A DNA stretch of 49,869 nt, from contig JBNAVT010000014.1 in the NCBI GenBank assembly GCA_049700215.1, positions 1 through 49,869 of the forward strand. Reading direction: 5' to 3'. The notes beneath the pieces are model-generated. The model was not told the origin of the DNA. It did not search any database and saw nothing but the letters and a program-made list of their open reading frames with translations. Shown piece after piece: positions 8,358 through 18,888 of the stretch. This DNA is from Thermoproteota archaeon. GTDB taxonomy: Archaea; Thermoproteota; EX4484-205; JAAOZP01. The translations under genes were made by a program, and so were the position numbers. The stretch's first letter is position 1; every line of letters begins with the position of its first letter.

Positions 8358-10925
8358 CTATGTTATTACTATTTCAAGTGAATCCCCGCTGCCGAGAGAG
8401 ACAGGCTCTTTAAATAGGATAGTTGCATACTTCTCTTCAATATTCAAGAGAGCATCTAGCTCTCCCTTGCTCGAATGCTTCACCTTGAAACCTACAGCTG
8501 GTGGTCGATCAACGACCAGTCTAACCTTCTGGAGTTCAAGCCTCCCGTAACGGATCTCTATTACCTCTTTCTGAAGACCCTGTTTGAGCTGCCTGCTGTA
8601 GCTTCCCCAGCATCCTCCTGTGGAAAAGAAGCATCTGAAATTGTTCTTAGACACTCTTGGCGCAAAACCTATCGTTTTTTCGGGCGCACTATACTCGAAC
8701 CCGCTTAACGCTAGGAGTAGAGACCAGCTTGACATGGCTCTCGCATAATGGTGGCCGCATTCAGCCTCGTCCCACGGGTTCCTCTTAACACCGTCATGCC
8801 TATCCCTAGCTCCCTTGACTATTTTAAGCCCCTCGTTAACAAAACCCTCGTAAATCAAATGGGCTGCCACCTGGTACTCTATGCCTGTCCAAACCTCGTC
8901 GCAGTATGGAAAAGGATAGTTTGGTTTACCTCCCTTAGGCCAGGAGCAGAGAACCAGTCCACTCTCGTCGTTCAAAGCGTAAGTCCTTTGACAGTTCTCG
9001 TGTTCTAAAAGGCTTTCCTTCCAATTATATCGGAAAACAGCCATTAGTGCGGATTTAACCTGTTCCTCAGGCAGAAGGTATCCTAGCCCTACAACATGGC
9101 TGAACCATTGTCCGAGAAGCTGGTCTGAAAGACATCCTTCTCCAAACTGGTACCTGATGTTTGGGTTGCCTTGAAACCTTTGCACGAAATACTCGCCATT
9201 CCACAATAGCTTGCTGAAATTGGCTCTGCCCTTTTCGAAAACCTCCCTATACTTTTCAGCAGACTCTGAATCGCCTAGGCGTTTAGCCATCTCCTCCGCC
9301 GCCCTTAATGCTCCAAGATATAGAGATGTAACCATGGGGTTAGGCCCATAAAACTCAATATCGTACGTATTATGCTGCTCCCCCTCCATGAGGCCGTCGC
9401 AATCCTTGTCCCAGGTTTTCCAAGCATACTCTAACGCCTTTTTAGCATTGGGCCAAAGCATTCTTAAGAATTCTTCATCTCCACTGAGCTTCCACTCCCT
9501 ATATAGCTTCATGATGCACCCCATCTGCCCGTCAGCCGCAGGCTTAAACCTCCATCTCGCACCCGTAAGCGGAACTAGAGTTCTGAAGACCATATTTCCA
9601 TTCTCATCAGTATTGTTTAGAAAATCCGTTAGACGCATCGTTCTCTCCAGACTTGGGAAAAGATGTGCCAGGGTCTGCTCGTAGTTCCAGACGTGCGTAC
9701 AGTTCATCCAGCAGCATCCACTGTTGTCACTACACCCTTCAAAAGCGTAAAACCTTCCGTCCTCAGCCCATAGGCATGTTGGAGTCCTTATGGTTGAAAC
9801 CTGGCTGGATACGGCGTCGAGAACATAGTCTGGAAGAGTGCTTTCGAAAAGCGTCCTATGGAAAAGCCTAGTCTCTCTTTCAAGTCTCTCGAATTCTTTA
9901 ACAACATACTTGGCAACGTCTAAAGCATCTTTGAATAGCTTAGCATAAAAGTTTCCAATCCTCTTCCCCCGCACCTCCTCCTCCCTGTTCCAATAATTAA
10001 CCAGGTTTGGGAAATACCATGTAAGTATGAATGGAAGAACTACTTCCTCTTTCGGATCAAGTGTGGCCAGCAACCCAAGGGTCCCGACGTCTGTCTCCCC
10101 CTCCATAGAGGGGTCGGCTGAGGGCTCCTCAGCCAGCAGCCCGTCTTCAGAGAAATCTCTCCAAAAGCTTTGGACATCATCCCACCAGACAGATCTCTCC
10201 CATCTAAGAGTATATGTTATTTCCTTCCAGCTTGTTGCAAGAATCATTGAGCCAAACTTCGGATCCTCTCTCGGATACTTGCTACTGCTCATCCTTATGC
10301 CGGTTAAACCTGTGTCTCTAACCAGTTCATTCAAGTTCTGCCCGAACAGGTCGTTAAACCTGTTGACGAGTGTCGAAGTGCCGTCGTATCCAACGGGGTT
10401 GAAAAGGCTCATTGCTAGGGTTAGGCGAATTCTTCTCGCAGACCTGTTTCTCACCTTCCATTTGAAAATCGCCACGGGTAGGCCGGAATCTTTTTCGTTG
10501 AGAGGAATCAGAGGGTTAAAGGCTTCTAGCGAAATCTCAAGCGGAATGTTGTCTTCGAAATCTATTCGTGCAAAAGGGTATTCGCCTCTGAACCTTGTCT
10601 TCGCGAGCCTAGGGAGACCTGGCACGTAGGACCAGGGGATTCCGTGGCTGCCCCGGTAGGGTGGGGGGATTCTTGACTCTAATACTCTTGAAACTGGTTT
10701 CGACCCTTCCTCGCGAAACCAGATTGAGAAAAAAGTGTACGGCAAATCTTTTCCTTTACCCGGCCTGTTGAATATCTCCCAGTCTCTAAGGTTTCCCCTT
10801 CCACCCAGGGAAACTGTACCAGTGCCTATGCCTCCTATTGGGAAAGCTATTTCGGAGAGCATATTGCCCTCGAAGGAACGTGTTCTTCCATCCCTCAAGC
10901 CTGGACACTTGGAGTCTAAGACCAT
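8358..10925 (-). CDS. GH116 family beta-glucosidase / non-lysosomal glucosylceramidase-like
   Basis: FPIGGIGTG, GEYPFA, NCTHVWNY, AADGQMG, QHNTYD, DQLLGQW, EVWTGIEY, HYARAMSSW. Confidence 0.92.
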   Translation of the reverse strand: MVLDSKCPGLRDGRTRSFEGNMLSEIAFPIGGIGTGTVSLGGRGNLRDWEIFNRPGKGKDLPYTFFSIWFREEGSKPVSRVLESRIPPPYRGSHGIPWSYVPGLPRLAKTRFRGEYPFARIDFEDNIPLEISLEAFNPLIPLNEKDSGLPVAIFKWKVRNRSARRIRLTLAMSLFNPVGYDGTSTLVNRFNDLFGQNLNELVRDTGLTGIRMSSSKYPREDPKFGSMILATSWKEITYTLRWERSVWWDDVQSFWRDFSEDGLLAEEPSADPSMEGETDVGTLGLLATLDPKEEVVLPFILTWYFPNLVNYWNREEEVRGKRIGNFYAKLFKDALDVAKYVVKEFERLERETRLFHRTLFESTLPDYVLDAVSSQVSTIRTPTCLWAEDGRFYAFEGCSDNSGCCWMNCTHVWNYEQTLAHLFPSLERTMRLTDFLNNTDENGNMVFRTLVPLTGARWRFKPAADGQMGCIMKLYREWKLSGDEEFLRMLWPNAKKALEYAWKTWDKDCDGLMEGEQHNTYDIEFYGPNPMVTSLYLGALRAAEEMAKRLGDSESAEKYREVFEKGRANFSKLLWNGEYFVQRFQGNPNIRYQFGEGCLSDQLLGQWFSHVVGLGYLLPEEQVKSALMAVFRYNWKESLLEHENCQRTYALNDESGLVLCSWPKGGKPNYPFPYCDEVWTGIEYQVAAHLIYEGFVNEGLKIVKGARDRHDGVKRNPWDEAECGHHYARAMSSWSLLLALSGFEYSAPEKTIGFAPRVSKNNFRCFFSTGGCWGSYSRQLKQGLQKEVIEIRYGRLELQKVRLVVDRPPAVGFKVKHSSKGELDALLNIEEKYATILFKEPVSLGSGDSLEIVIT

Positions 10926-12235
10926 TATAAACCCTCCTGCCTGGAAACCAGTATCTCCGCCCTCTTAGCAAGCTCCTTCTTCTTCCAATCTATGTCATGA
11001 GGAATGAAGATGGCCGCCGTGCTTAGAAGGACTATGCATATTGCCCAGGTAATGTTTACTATCGTAACTATCCCCCATTCTAACCCCATAGTGTCTGCAG
11101 CATAACCAGTGATGAGTGGTGCGAAAGCCGATCCAACATTGTAGAAGAATAGCAGCATGGCCATGGCTGACCCTCTTATCTCCGGAAGGGCGACGTCTTG
11201 AACAGAGGATGAGACGCATGGCCCAGCCATAGGCATGAATAAGGCTGTCATAGCGCCAAGTATAAGGAAGAGCTCCACGCCACCCTTAGTCAGGAAGGCC
11301 ATGTTGAAAAAGACTAGGCCTATGACTACGGTTAGAGTTGCGAATACGACTCTCCCCCTCTTGTTTCTCCTAAAGGCCCAGTCTCCAGTCAAGCCCGCCA
11401 ATATGTTTCCAGCAACCATGGAGAGGAGGGCGGCCAGCATTACGAGTAGCTGAGAGCCTGCTTCAAAGCCCCTGACGTCAGTCATATAGGTGAAGAGCCA
11501 GTAGGAAAGTATGTTCCACGGGAAGACTCCGAAAAACCCTTGAAGGTATAGAAACAAGACTGATTTTCTTTCGAAAAGCTTTTCCAGAGATTTTAGTGAG
11601 AAAGTGTCCTTAAGCCTGTCCCTAACGTTTACCAGCTCGGGCTCGGTTCCTCCTCTTGGAACATCCTTCACAGTGAACAGGACTACGAAAGCTAACAGTA
11701 TGCCTGGGATTGCCGTTATGAGGAAGGCGTTGCGCCATCCGGAGCTAATCCCGATTACGAGGCCTATTACGACGCCAATTAGAGCTCCAAAAGTTTCAGC
11801 AGCCTGCAGGACTCCCAGTGCTGTAGCCCTCTTCTCAGGGGGGAAATAGTCTCCTAGGAAAGACATTAAACCGCTGGTAGCCTGATTATCGACCCCCGTC
11901 ACGGATCTCGTGAGAATCAGCTGAGTATAGTTCACTGAAAAAGTGGAGAGTATTGTCGTACACCCCCAGATTATGCTCGCAAGAGCGACTAAAGGAGGTC
12001 TAGCATACTTGTCGAAAAGATAGCCCCAGAGTGGCATGAAAGCGACAGCAATTAGAATAGTACTCGTCTCGATGGCTCCCAGCTCCGTGTAGCCTAGTTT
12101 GAACTCGTCTCTTATTAAGGGTAGTAATGGGGATATGAGGAACTTGTCTGCATAATGCAGCACGATGAAGACGAAGAAGATGAGCGTTACATACCATGCG
12201 CCGCTTAATGCTCCGCTCTCACGCTTCCTGTTCAT
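10925..12235 (-). CDS. MFS transporter
   Basis: About 12 hydrophobic segments; GYLFDKYAR motif A; DYFPPEKRATALG; GWRNAF. Its stop overlaps the GH116 start. Confidence 0.92.
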   Translation of the reverse strand: MNRKRESGALSGAWYVTLIFFVFIVLHYADKFLISPLLPLIRDEFKLGYTELGAIETSTILIAVAFMPLWGYLFDKYARPPLVALASIIWGCTTILSTFSVNYTQLILTRSVTGVDNQATSGLMSFLGDYFPPEKRATALGVLQAAETFGALIGVVIGLVIGISSGWRNAFLITAIPGILLAFVVLFTVKDVPRGGTEPELVNVRDRLKDTFSLKSLEKLFERKSVLFLYLQGFFGVFPWNILSYWLFTYMTDVRGFEAGSQLLVMLAALLSMVAGNILAGLTGDWAFRRNKRGRVVFATLTVVIGLVFFNMAFLTKGGVELFLILGAMTALFMPMAGPCVSSSVQDVALPEIRGSAMAMLLFFYNVGSAFAPLITGYAADTMGLEWGIVTIVNITWAICIVLLSTAAIFIPHDIDWKKKELAKRAEILVSRQEGL

Positions 12236-12356
12236 GAAAAGAATACGATAATATTAAACCTATATATAACGTTAAAGGTTGTTCCGGAGTAAGCGGAAAA
12301 TGCTTTTAAAAGCCTTTTATTCAAAAATCAACACTGCCTCATTAATGATCCATAGG

Positions 12357-12370
12357 AAAAACTTTATATT
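12357..12370 (+). promoter_or_regulatory. Archaeal BRE/TATA-like promoter (AAAAACTTTATATT)
   Basis: Purine-rich run followed by TTTATA, ending ~26 nt before ATG 12396. No obvious SD, so possibly a leaderless transcript. Confidence 0.5.
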
Positions 12371-12395
12371 GGTGTAAAGGCCTACTTTAATCGAA

Positions 12396-12773
12396 ATGAT
12401 CCCTGCGTTCATGTTGAGACAGCTGTATGAGAAGGGGTCTTTGAAAAACGTTGTCGACGAAAAAGGAAATACGGTTGCCTTCAGCTTCTCCCTGTTTAAC
12501 AGGCTGGGGTCGGGTACTATTGAGGGCGGTTTCAAACTTAAAGTAGATGGTGAAGAGGTTCCCCTGGAGAAAATAACTATTGAGAAAGGCGGGGTGATGG
12601 CTAAAGCAGAGGAGTTCGCTAAGACTTCTACGCTCTTTACTGTTGGAGATAGGATTAAATTCACTGTTGAAAAGCCCGGAGGCCTACAACCAGGGCTTCA
12701 TAAAATAGTCGTCAGCACGATGACGATGGAGTATGGAAAAATAGAGTTCGACTTTTCAGACACTGTCTCCTAA
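12396..12773 (+). CDS. Small beta-sandwich protein, DUF6379 (C-glycoside deglycosidase beta subunit)-like fold
   Basis: SLKNV...F.F...LKVDGEEVPLEKITI...FTVEKPGGLQPGLHKI matches the remembered DUF6379 pattern but lacks its R.PYYRG motif. Confidence 0.5.
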   Translation: MIPAFMLRQLYEKGSLKNVVDEKGNTVAFSFSLFNRLGSGTIEGGFKLKVDGEEVPLEKITIEKGGVMAKAEEFAKTSTLFTVGDRIKFTVEKPGGLQPGLHKIVVSTMTMEYGKIEFDFSDTVS

Positions 12774-13966
12774 CTTTTTTTATTTTTTCCACCAATAGCA
12801 TCATGCCTTTTCACCAAAGCATTCCGGATCCTAACGGCAGCCTCCTCAATTATCTCCAGGGGGGAGCAGAAGTTTATCCTCACGTGCCCAGCACCACCGT
12901 CGCCAAAGCCGCTTCCACCATAAACCAATACTCTAGCCTCTTTCAAAAGATATTTCACAGCATCCTCGTCTTTCTCAAATAGTAAGCTTAGGTCAGGGAA
13001 AGCGAAGAACGAGCCCTCAGGTGGGGAGGCAATTATCCCCGGGGTTTCGCTCAACACCGCTATAAGCCTGTTTCTAACCCTTTCTAAATAATTCTTCAGG
13101 AAAGCAACGTAGTAGTCGCATTTCCTGAGCGCTGCTGCGGCACCTATCTGTTCAACTGTTCCGGGATGAATAACTATGCCCGCGTTCTCCTCCCTCATGA
13201 GTCTAATTATTTTCTTCTCAGCGACAATATAGCCTATGCGCAGCCCAGACATGCCGTATGTTTTCGTAAATCCGAAAGCCGTGACCGTCCGCTCGAACAT
13301 ACCTGGCAGCGAAGCTATGCTAACATGGTTTCTACAGTCGTAAGTAAGGTTCTCGTAAAGCTCGTCGGAGAAAACGTAGAGATCATGTTTCACAGCTATT
13401 TCCGCCAATTGCTCCAACTCGTCTCTAGTGTAAACCGTTCCAGTGGGATTATTGGGATTACAGATAGTAATAATCCTGGTTTTGCTGGTTACCGACTCTT
13501 CGATCCTAGCCATGTCTAGATGCCCATCCACCTTTGTCTTGACTTCCGTCACCTCAGCCTGAAAGCTCTTTGGTCTGCCTGTTAGAGGCGGGTAGGTTGG
13601 AGTGACTACGATAACATGGTCGCCAGGCTTTAGAAGAACCCTGTAAGTCAGCCATATTCCATTCATAACCCCTACCGTCGGAAGTATCTCCTCCTCGCCG
13701 GCTGAAATGCTGTTGACCCTGAGCAGCTTTTCTCTAGCCGCGTCCATGAACTCTGCAACCCCATTCATCTCATAATGGTACCTTCCACTCATGATCGCTT
13801 CAACCATCGCTTCCTTAACTTCCCTAGGCATTTCGAAATCGGATTCAGCTAAACCCAGGCTTATCACGTCTCTCTCGAGCCCAGCATACTTGCTCGGCCT
13901 ACTTCTCCTTATTTCTTCGAGGCTCGGTTTCTCTATTAAGCTCGTTTTCCAAGCTAGAAAGTTCAA
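12770..13966 (-). CDS. PLP-dependent aminotransferase class I/II (AspC or MalY/PatB-like)
   Basis: LGLAESDF, CNPNNPTG, VFSDELY, GFTKTYGMSGLRIG (PLP lysine), HVRINF. Exact start uncertain. Confidence 0.9.
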   Translation of the reverse strand: MNFLAWKTSLIEKPSLEEIRRSRPSKYAGLERDVISLGLAESDFEMPREVKEAMVEAIMSGRYHYEMNGVAEFMDAAREKLLRVNSISAGEEEILPTVGVMNGIWLTYRVLLKPGDHVIVVTPTYPPLTGRPKSFQAEVTEVKTKVDGHLDMARIEESVTSKTRIITICNPNNPTGTVYTRDELEQLAEIAVKHDLYVFSDELYENLTYDCRNHVSIASLPGMFERTVTAFGFTKTYGMSGLRIGYIVAEKKIIRLMREENAGIVIHPGTVEQIGAAAALRKCDYYVAFLKNYLERVRNRLIAVLSETPGIIASPPEGSFFAFPDLSLLFEKDEDAVKYLLKEARVLVYGGSGFGDGGAGHVRINFCSPLEIIEEAAVRIRNALVKRHDAIGGKNKKS

Positions 13967-14018
13967 ACCTATTTAAGAATATGCCTGACGTTACCCTAGG
14001 GCCCGGTAACGAAATCAA

Positions 14019-16457
14019 CTATTTTCGTCTGGCGAGCTCAAGCATGCCCAGCTCTTTTATCCTTCCTCTAGCCTTGGGAATCAGAATCGTCTTTATCTCG
14101 AATGGTTTAAACCTCGCTTTAAACCTCTTGCCGACAGAGAGGAGGTTAATCACTGCCTCCGTCTCCTCCCCATTCGTCTCGTAGAGACGCATTACGAGGT
14201 TTCCAGAATCCTCGTGTTTTTTAAGCACGCTGACTATCAAGCTATCCTGGTTGACCTGGATCAAAGAGCAGCGTGGTGGCAGAATGCCTTTATGCGGGTA
14301 ATCGACGAAAACTATTGGTTTAGAGTTTAACTCTTCTGCATGTCTCACGGTGTAGGCTGGTTTCCACGAACCGGCATGCGGTATAAGCATTAGGTTGAAG
14401 TCTTGCCATCCTTGATCAATATAACTGTAGGTCTGGCTTGGGTCAAGCTTGTAAGGCTGATGATGTGCATAGGGTGGGCTTCTCAGAACCGTTATCCTTA
14501 TTTCCGAGCCTTTAGCATCATAACTATACTTACAGTCGTTGCATATGCTAAGCCCATAGTCCTTTGTCTCGCCGTCAACGCTCATTATCCTCCCAGCCAT
14601 GTCTACCCATTTGTGCATCGGCTCCTCCTCCCCGTTGCAGGGACGCTTGGCCCACCCATACGGGATTGAAGAGGCCAATACTGGTTGGTCAACGTTTACT
14701 GTGAAGCTCAGTTTAAGCATTTTATGCTGCTCGTTCCAGTTTAATGAAAACCTTAGCTCGACATAGGGCAGCCCCCTGTAGATTGAGACGTGCATACGCA
14801 TGAACGACTTGTTATAACTGCTTTCAACTCTTATGGTGGCGCGTACCGGACCCTTTTCAACAAGCTTCACATTCGCGTTTCCAAATGTTCCCACATCCTT
14901 CCTAAACTCGTCAACCCCGTGGCTCCAAGTGTCACTCTGGTCTTCAACGACAACAGGGATGCAGGAGTCTTTGCGGAATACTTCCACCCTGTTTCTCTTG
15001 TCGTGGAGGCGTTTAATATAGCCGTTTGCCGGGTCTATTTCCAAGCGGACCCACTCGTTCTCGAGAAGATTATCTGAAGCCACAAGCCCTTCCATAGGAG
15101 TAGTCAAACTATTCTTTTTACTAGTGTTGCGATAAACCCTGTAGCCTAGGGCTGGAACATCTGCGATAAAGACTATTCTCTGCCTCCAGTCTCCAACGTT
15201 TGCCGAGGATTTTACACGCTGCATAAGTACTGCCTGACCATTTTCATCAGTCAGACTGCCCTCGCCATCGACGTCTTCAACCTCCACCGGGGAAACCGTG
15301 TTCCACGAATGCGGGTTGAAAACTATTATCGGGATGCCTTCTCCCTCAGTATTGATTTTAGACGCTATTGCTTGGACAGCCTTGTTTAGGACGGCTCCAC
15401 CCGTGTTTAAGACTTCGCCGTGAATGTTCCGAATGTCTTCGTATGCTTCTGGAATGGATGTTCCGCATAGCGCATCATGGAATTGCGTGAACAACAGGTT
15501 TTTCCAAGCCCGGGTAAGATCTTTCTGGGGGTATTCCTTACCCAAGAGTAGGTAAGCCGCGGAGGCTATTTTCTCCGCGGTGCATAGCAATTCTTCAGCC
15601 CTGCGATTATTTCTCTTAACCTCAGAGTGGGCTGAGTAGCAGCCTCTCGCATGATGCTGCATTTCTCCATGGAAAACGGGCAAACGTTGTCTCCGCCTTA
15701 CTCTGCTGAAAAACTCGTCGAGCGAGCTGAAAACAATCTCTACATCACCTTTTTCTCTTCTTCGGAGAATACTCAGTATGTTTTCCCTAGTGGGTCCTCC
15801 TCCATGGTCTCCCACGCCATAGAAACACATAGCCTCTGTAAAAGGAGGCTTGATTTTACTGATCGTTCTATCTATGTGATCAGTAATATCTCCACCACTC
15901 GTACAGTAGGCTAGGGGAAGCCTGTAGCAAAGCACTCTTGAGCCATCGTAACCCTCCCACCAGAAGGCGCTCTCCGGAATATCTTTGTTTTCAGATACTC
16001 CAGGGCGCATAAAAACGTAGTTCTTTAATCCGCATTTACTTAGTATCTGAGGCAGCATGCCGTTGTGCCCAAAAGAATCAATGTTGAATCCTGTGATCAC
16101 CATTATCCCAAACTTCTTCCTAAAGTATCTCTGTCCATACAAAGCTTGTCGCACAAAGCTTTCTCCACTCGGTATGTTACAATCAGGTTCCACTATCCAT
16201 CCCCCTGTGACTTCCCAACGCCTCTCCTTAATTCTCCTTCTCATCTCTCTGAACATTTCAGGTTCGCTTGCTTCAATCCACTCGTAGAATGCTGCTGAGG
16301 AAGCTGTGAATACGAAAAAGTTAAACTCGTTCATCAAATCTAAAGCTTTTCTGAAAGTTGACCTTACAACCCGATACCCCTCCTGCCAGCTCCACAGCCA
16401 TATCGGGTCTATGTGAGCGTTTCCAACCATGTGTATTCTAATCTTTCTTCCATCCAT
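14019..16457 (-). CDS. Alpha-mannosidase (GH38)
   Basis: GNAHIDPIWLW, GGWIVEPDCN, DSFGH, GVGDHGGGPT, QFHDALCGTSI, RLYETNG. Confidence 0.95.
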   Translation of the reverse strand: MDGRKIRIHMVGNAHIDPIWLWSWQEGYRVVRSTFRKALDLMNEFNFFVFTASSAAFYEWIEASEPEMFREMRRRIKERRWEVTGGWIVEPDCNIPSGESFVRQALYGQRYFRKKFGIMVITGFNIDSFGHNGMLPQILSKCGLKNYVFMRPGVSENKDIPESAFWWEGYDGSRVLCYRLPLAYCTSGGDITDHIDRTISKIKPPFTEAMCFYGVGDHGGGPTRENILSILRRREKGDVEIVFSSLDEFFSRVRRRQRLPVFHGEMQHHARGCYSAHSEVKRNNRRAEELLCTAEKIASAAYLLLGKEYPQKDLTRAWKNLLFTQFHDALCGTSIPEAYEDIRNIHGEVLNTGGAVLNKAVQAIASKINTEGEGIPIIVFNPHSWNTVSPVEVEDVDGEGSLTDENGQAVLMQRVKSSANVGDWRQRIVFIADVPALGYRVYRNTSKKNSLTTPMEGLVASDNLLENEWVRLEIDPANGYIKRLHDKRNRVEVFRKDSCIPVVVEDQSDTWSHGVDEFRKDVGTFGNANVKLVEKGPVRATIRVESSYNKSFMRMHVSIYRGLPYVELRFSLNWNEQHKMLKLSFTVNVDQPVLASSIPYGWAKRPCNGEEEPMHKWVDMAGRIMSVDGETKDYGLSICNDCKYSYDAKGSEIRITVLRSPPYAHHQPYKLDPSQTYSYIDQGWQDFNLMLIPHAGSWKPAYTVRHAEELNSKPIVFVDYPHKGILPPRCSLIQVNQDSLIVSVLKKHEDSGNLVMRLYETNGEETEAVINLLSVGKRFKARFKPFEIKTILIPKARGRIKELGMLELARRK

Positions 16458-16576
16458 TTTTCTAAGTTTTCTGCAATACTGATTAAATAAAGTTTCTGCT
16501 AGCGTATAATAACCGAATAGGCTTCATACAGGTTTTTCACGAATTTAAAAACGAATATTTTTCGAAATAGTGTGAG

Positions 16577-17308
16577 CTATGAATCTATGGTGCTGGAAAA
16601 CCCGTGCTTCTTTATCAGCCTATAAAGTTCATCCGGTTTTGAACTATAGAGCCTGATCCGTTGCGGCTTCTTCTCGTCTCTACTGACTAGTTCCACGAAT
16701 TTCCTCTTAGAGTCGAGCTTGACTTCATAGTTATCCATAGGGGGTTTTATGACTATTCCTTGAGCAACCAGTCCTTGCTCGAAAAGAGCATAGCTTCGAG
16801 GAATCTGGGCAAAGTTTTTCGACGCTTTGTTCTGCTTGAAGCTTATTACCGCCATTACGGCGTAGGGGACCTCGTAGCCGATCAGGAAGACCGGGAATCT
16901 GAACGAGTCTAAGGATGATTCGCCTGTCAGGCTGCTTGCGAAACTGAAATACACTTGATACCAGATCAGTATAACTACTATCGCGAGAATGGATAGTAAG
17001 GAGGAAACTGCTAGTGGCTTCATTTCCTGCGTGAGCTGCGCATCCAAAGCTATAAGTCTCGAAACCTCGGTGCTTTCCTCCTCATAGATCTTTTTGCCTT
17101 CCCTTATCTCCTTAAGCTGCTCGGGTGACGAGCCTTTCAGCTGGGATCTCATTCTTGAAAAAGTCAGGATCATGGAGATTGCTAGGAACGCTATGAAAGT
17201 ATGGGTGAGGTACTGAGGATAGTAGGTGTTTAAAACTGCGAGCGTCAATATCATGATCTGCCCGTATACCTGGTTTAGCGCGAAGCTTCTCTTATCTTGA
17301 TAAGCCAT
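16577..17308 (-). CDS. Membrane protein, DUF2208-like
   Basis: Two pairs of TM segments separated by a charged linker, plus a soluble C-terminal KRKFVEL..IRLY tail typical of this crenarchaeal family. Confidence 0.55.
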   Translation of the reverse strand: MAYQDKRSFALNQVYGQIMILTLAVLNTYYPQYLTHTFIAFLAISMILTFSRMRSQLKGSSPEQLKEIREGKKIYEEESTEVSRLIALDAQLTQEMKPLAVSSLLSILAIVVILIWYQVYFSFASSLTGESSLDSFRFPVFLIGYEVPYAVMAVISFKQNKASKNFAQIPRSYALFEQGLVAQGIVIKPPMDNYEVKLDSKRKFVELVSRDEKKPQRIRLYSSKPDELYRLIKKHGFSSTIDS

Positions 17309-17478
17309 GCGGATAATATGGGTGGTTGTTGATATGGTTTTTATGCTTTTCCGTATGGGCTGAAGGGTTGCAATAACCTGCTACTTTTACGAGGCAGTAG
17401 TGTGGAGCGTTTCAAGGGTTTAAGCTGGCCGGCAGTAGGATTTTTAAACCGAAAAAAGAATTAAGGTTCGCGTTACGC

Positions 17479-18888
17479 TTATGCTCTAACCACTTTTATC
17501 CCTAGAAATCTGCATGCGCTCTCCATCTCTCGAGAAATATCTCCGTGAACCATGCTTGCGTGATGTATGAAACCCTCGTTTACAAGCGTCCTATACACTT
17601 CGTCAAGGTTTTTAATCCTAACCCAGCTGTACGAGCCCCTCGTGTAAGGTCCTTCCTCAACAATCTCTCCGTTAACGCTCAGCATTTTGAATTCTCCATC
17701 GTACTCCACAAGCCTGTTGATCGTAACTGGACCCGGTTTAAGCCTGAACTCGCCAGTCCCCTGCGACCTGTCTTTGCCAACCGCCCTGTAAAGTATGCTG
17801 TGATACCTTACAGTTATCTTGCAGCCGGCGCAAGCCAGGGAAGGCGGTGCGTTCCCACAGTGCCACATTAAGACGAGGTCCTCTTTCTCCGGATGCTTGA
17901 TAGTCCAGTCTACGAAATGGGGCGCTGATTTTCCTAGTGTCGCCCAGTACTGCATAAGCATGGTTAGCGCTCCGTAAACATCGGATTCGCATGCGGAGAC
18001 CAGACCCTGCTCCGTCAACCTGCCTAGCACGTGGCAAACCGATATTCCGTAGAGGTCCTGTATCTCGGTCCAGCATCTGAAGCCGAGTGCCGACAAACCG
18101 TCTCTCTCCGCCATTTTTTTCAGCAGAACTTCAAGCTTCGCCATCTTCAACAGGTTTTCAACAGGTATCCCTGTAACCTCAGCATAAGATTTCATTTGCT
18201 CAACGACTCTCGCCACATCCGGGTCGTTATCAGGGATCTTGTTCAAGCCGAGTATGACTCCCGTGAGATCGTAGGGTACGGCTCTCTGCCCAAACTTGTT
18301 TATCATCGCCACCTCGTTGTAAGTGCAGGTTTCGAAGCGTTCGGGTCTAGGTCCAAAAACGCCAACCCTTGCTCCGAGGAAAGCTCTAACCAGGGAGCAT
18401 GCTCTCGCAAAGATCCTGACTTTCTCCAGGAAATGATTCTCCTCTGGGAAAACTATGCCGGCGAAGTCGAAGGGTATTTTTCTCCTGTAGAGCCCTGAGG
18501 TTAGGGAAAGGGTTCCGCAGAACGAGTCGGAGCTTCTAAAGCCTTCGCTCGATATCGGCGGCTCCCTTGTTCCGAAAACTAGAGTGGGGACGCGTAGAGC
18601 TTGGGCTATTGAAGAGCCTGCGACCTCGTCTCCGAAAGTCATCGTGCCAAGTATCAGCCCGTGTATCCCCTGGTCTTTAAAAAGCCCTATTGTTTTCGAA
18701 GCGTCTTCATCATTCCTAACCAGCCCGTTTCTAGTGAGTTTTTCATCCGGATATACTAGTATTACTTCTTCTAGACCGGAGAGCATGTTTATCGTCCTGC
18801 TCCGTAGCTTCTCAGCCCATTCCTCGTCGAAAGGTTCCCTGTGGAGAGGAACAAACCCCAGCTTAACTTTACCGGTTTCCCTAATCAT
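17479..18888 (-). CDS. L-fucose/L-arabinose isomerase family protein
   Basis: TFGDE, DSFCG, RCWTE, ACESDVYG, WHCGNAP, GFIHH motifs. Confidence 0.88.
   Translation of the reverse strand: MIRETGKVKLGFVPLHREPFDEEWAEKLRSRTINMLSGLEEVILVYPDEKLTRNGLVRNDEDASKTIGLFKDQGIHGLILGTMTFGDEVAGSSIAQALRVPTLVFGTREPPISSEGFRSSDSFCGTLSLTSGLYRRKIPFDFAGIVFPEENHFLEKVRIFARACSLVRAFLGARVGVFGPRPERFETCTYNEVAMINKFGQRAVPYDLTGVILGLNKIPDNDPDVARVVEQMKSYAEVTGIPVENLLKMAKLEVLLKKMAERDGLSALGFRCWTEIQDLYGISVCHVLGRLTEQGLVSACESDVYGALTMLMQYWATLGKSAPHFVDWTIKHPEKEDLVLMWHCGNAPPSLACAGCKITVRYHSILYRAVGKDRSQGTGEFRLKPGPVTINRLVEYDGEFKMLSVNGEIVEEGPYTRGSYSWVRIKNLDEVYRTLVNEGFIHHASMVHGDISREMESACRFLGIKVVRA

Noticed and set aside
10027-10629. 200-aa antisense ORF, and the many other short overlapping ORFs in the track
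   Set aside because: Ser/Pro-rich antisense or alternate-frame shadows of strong genes.
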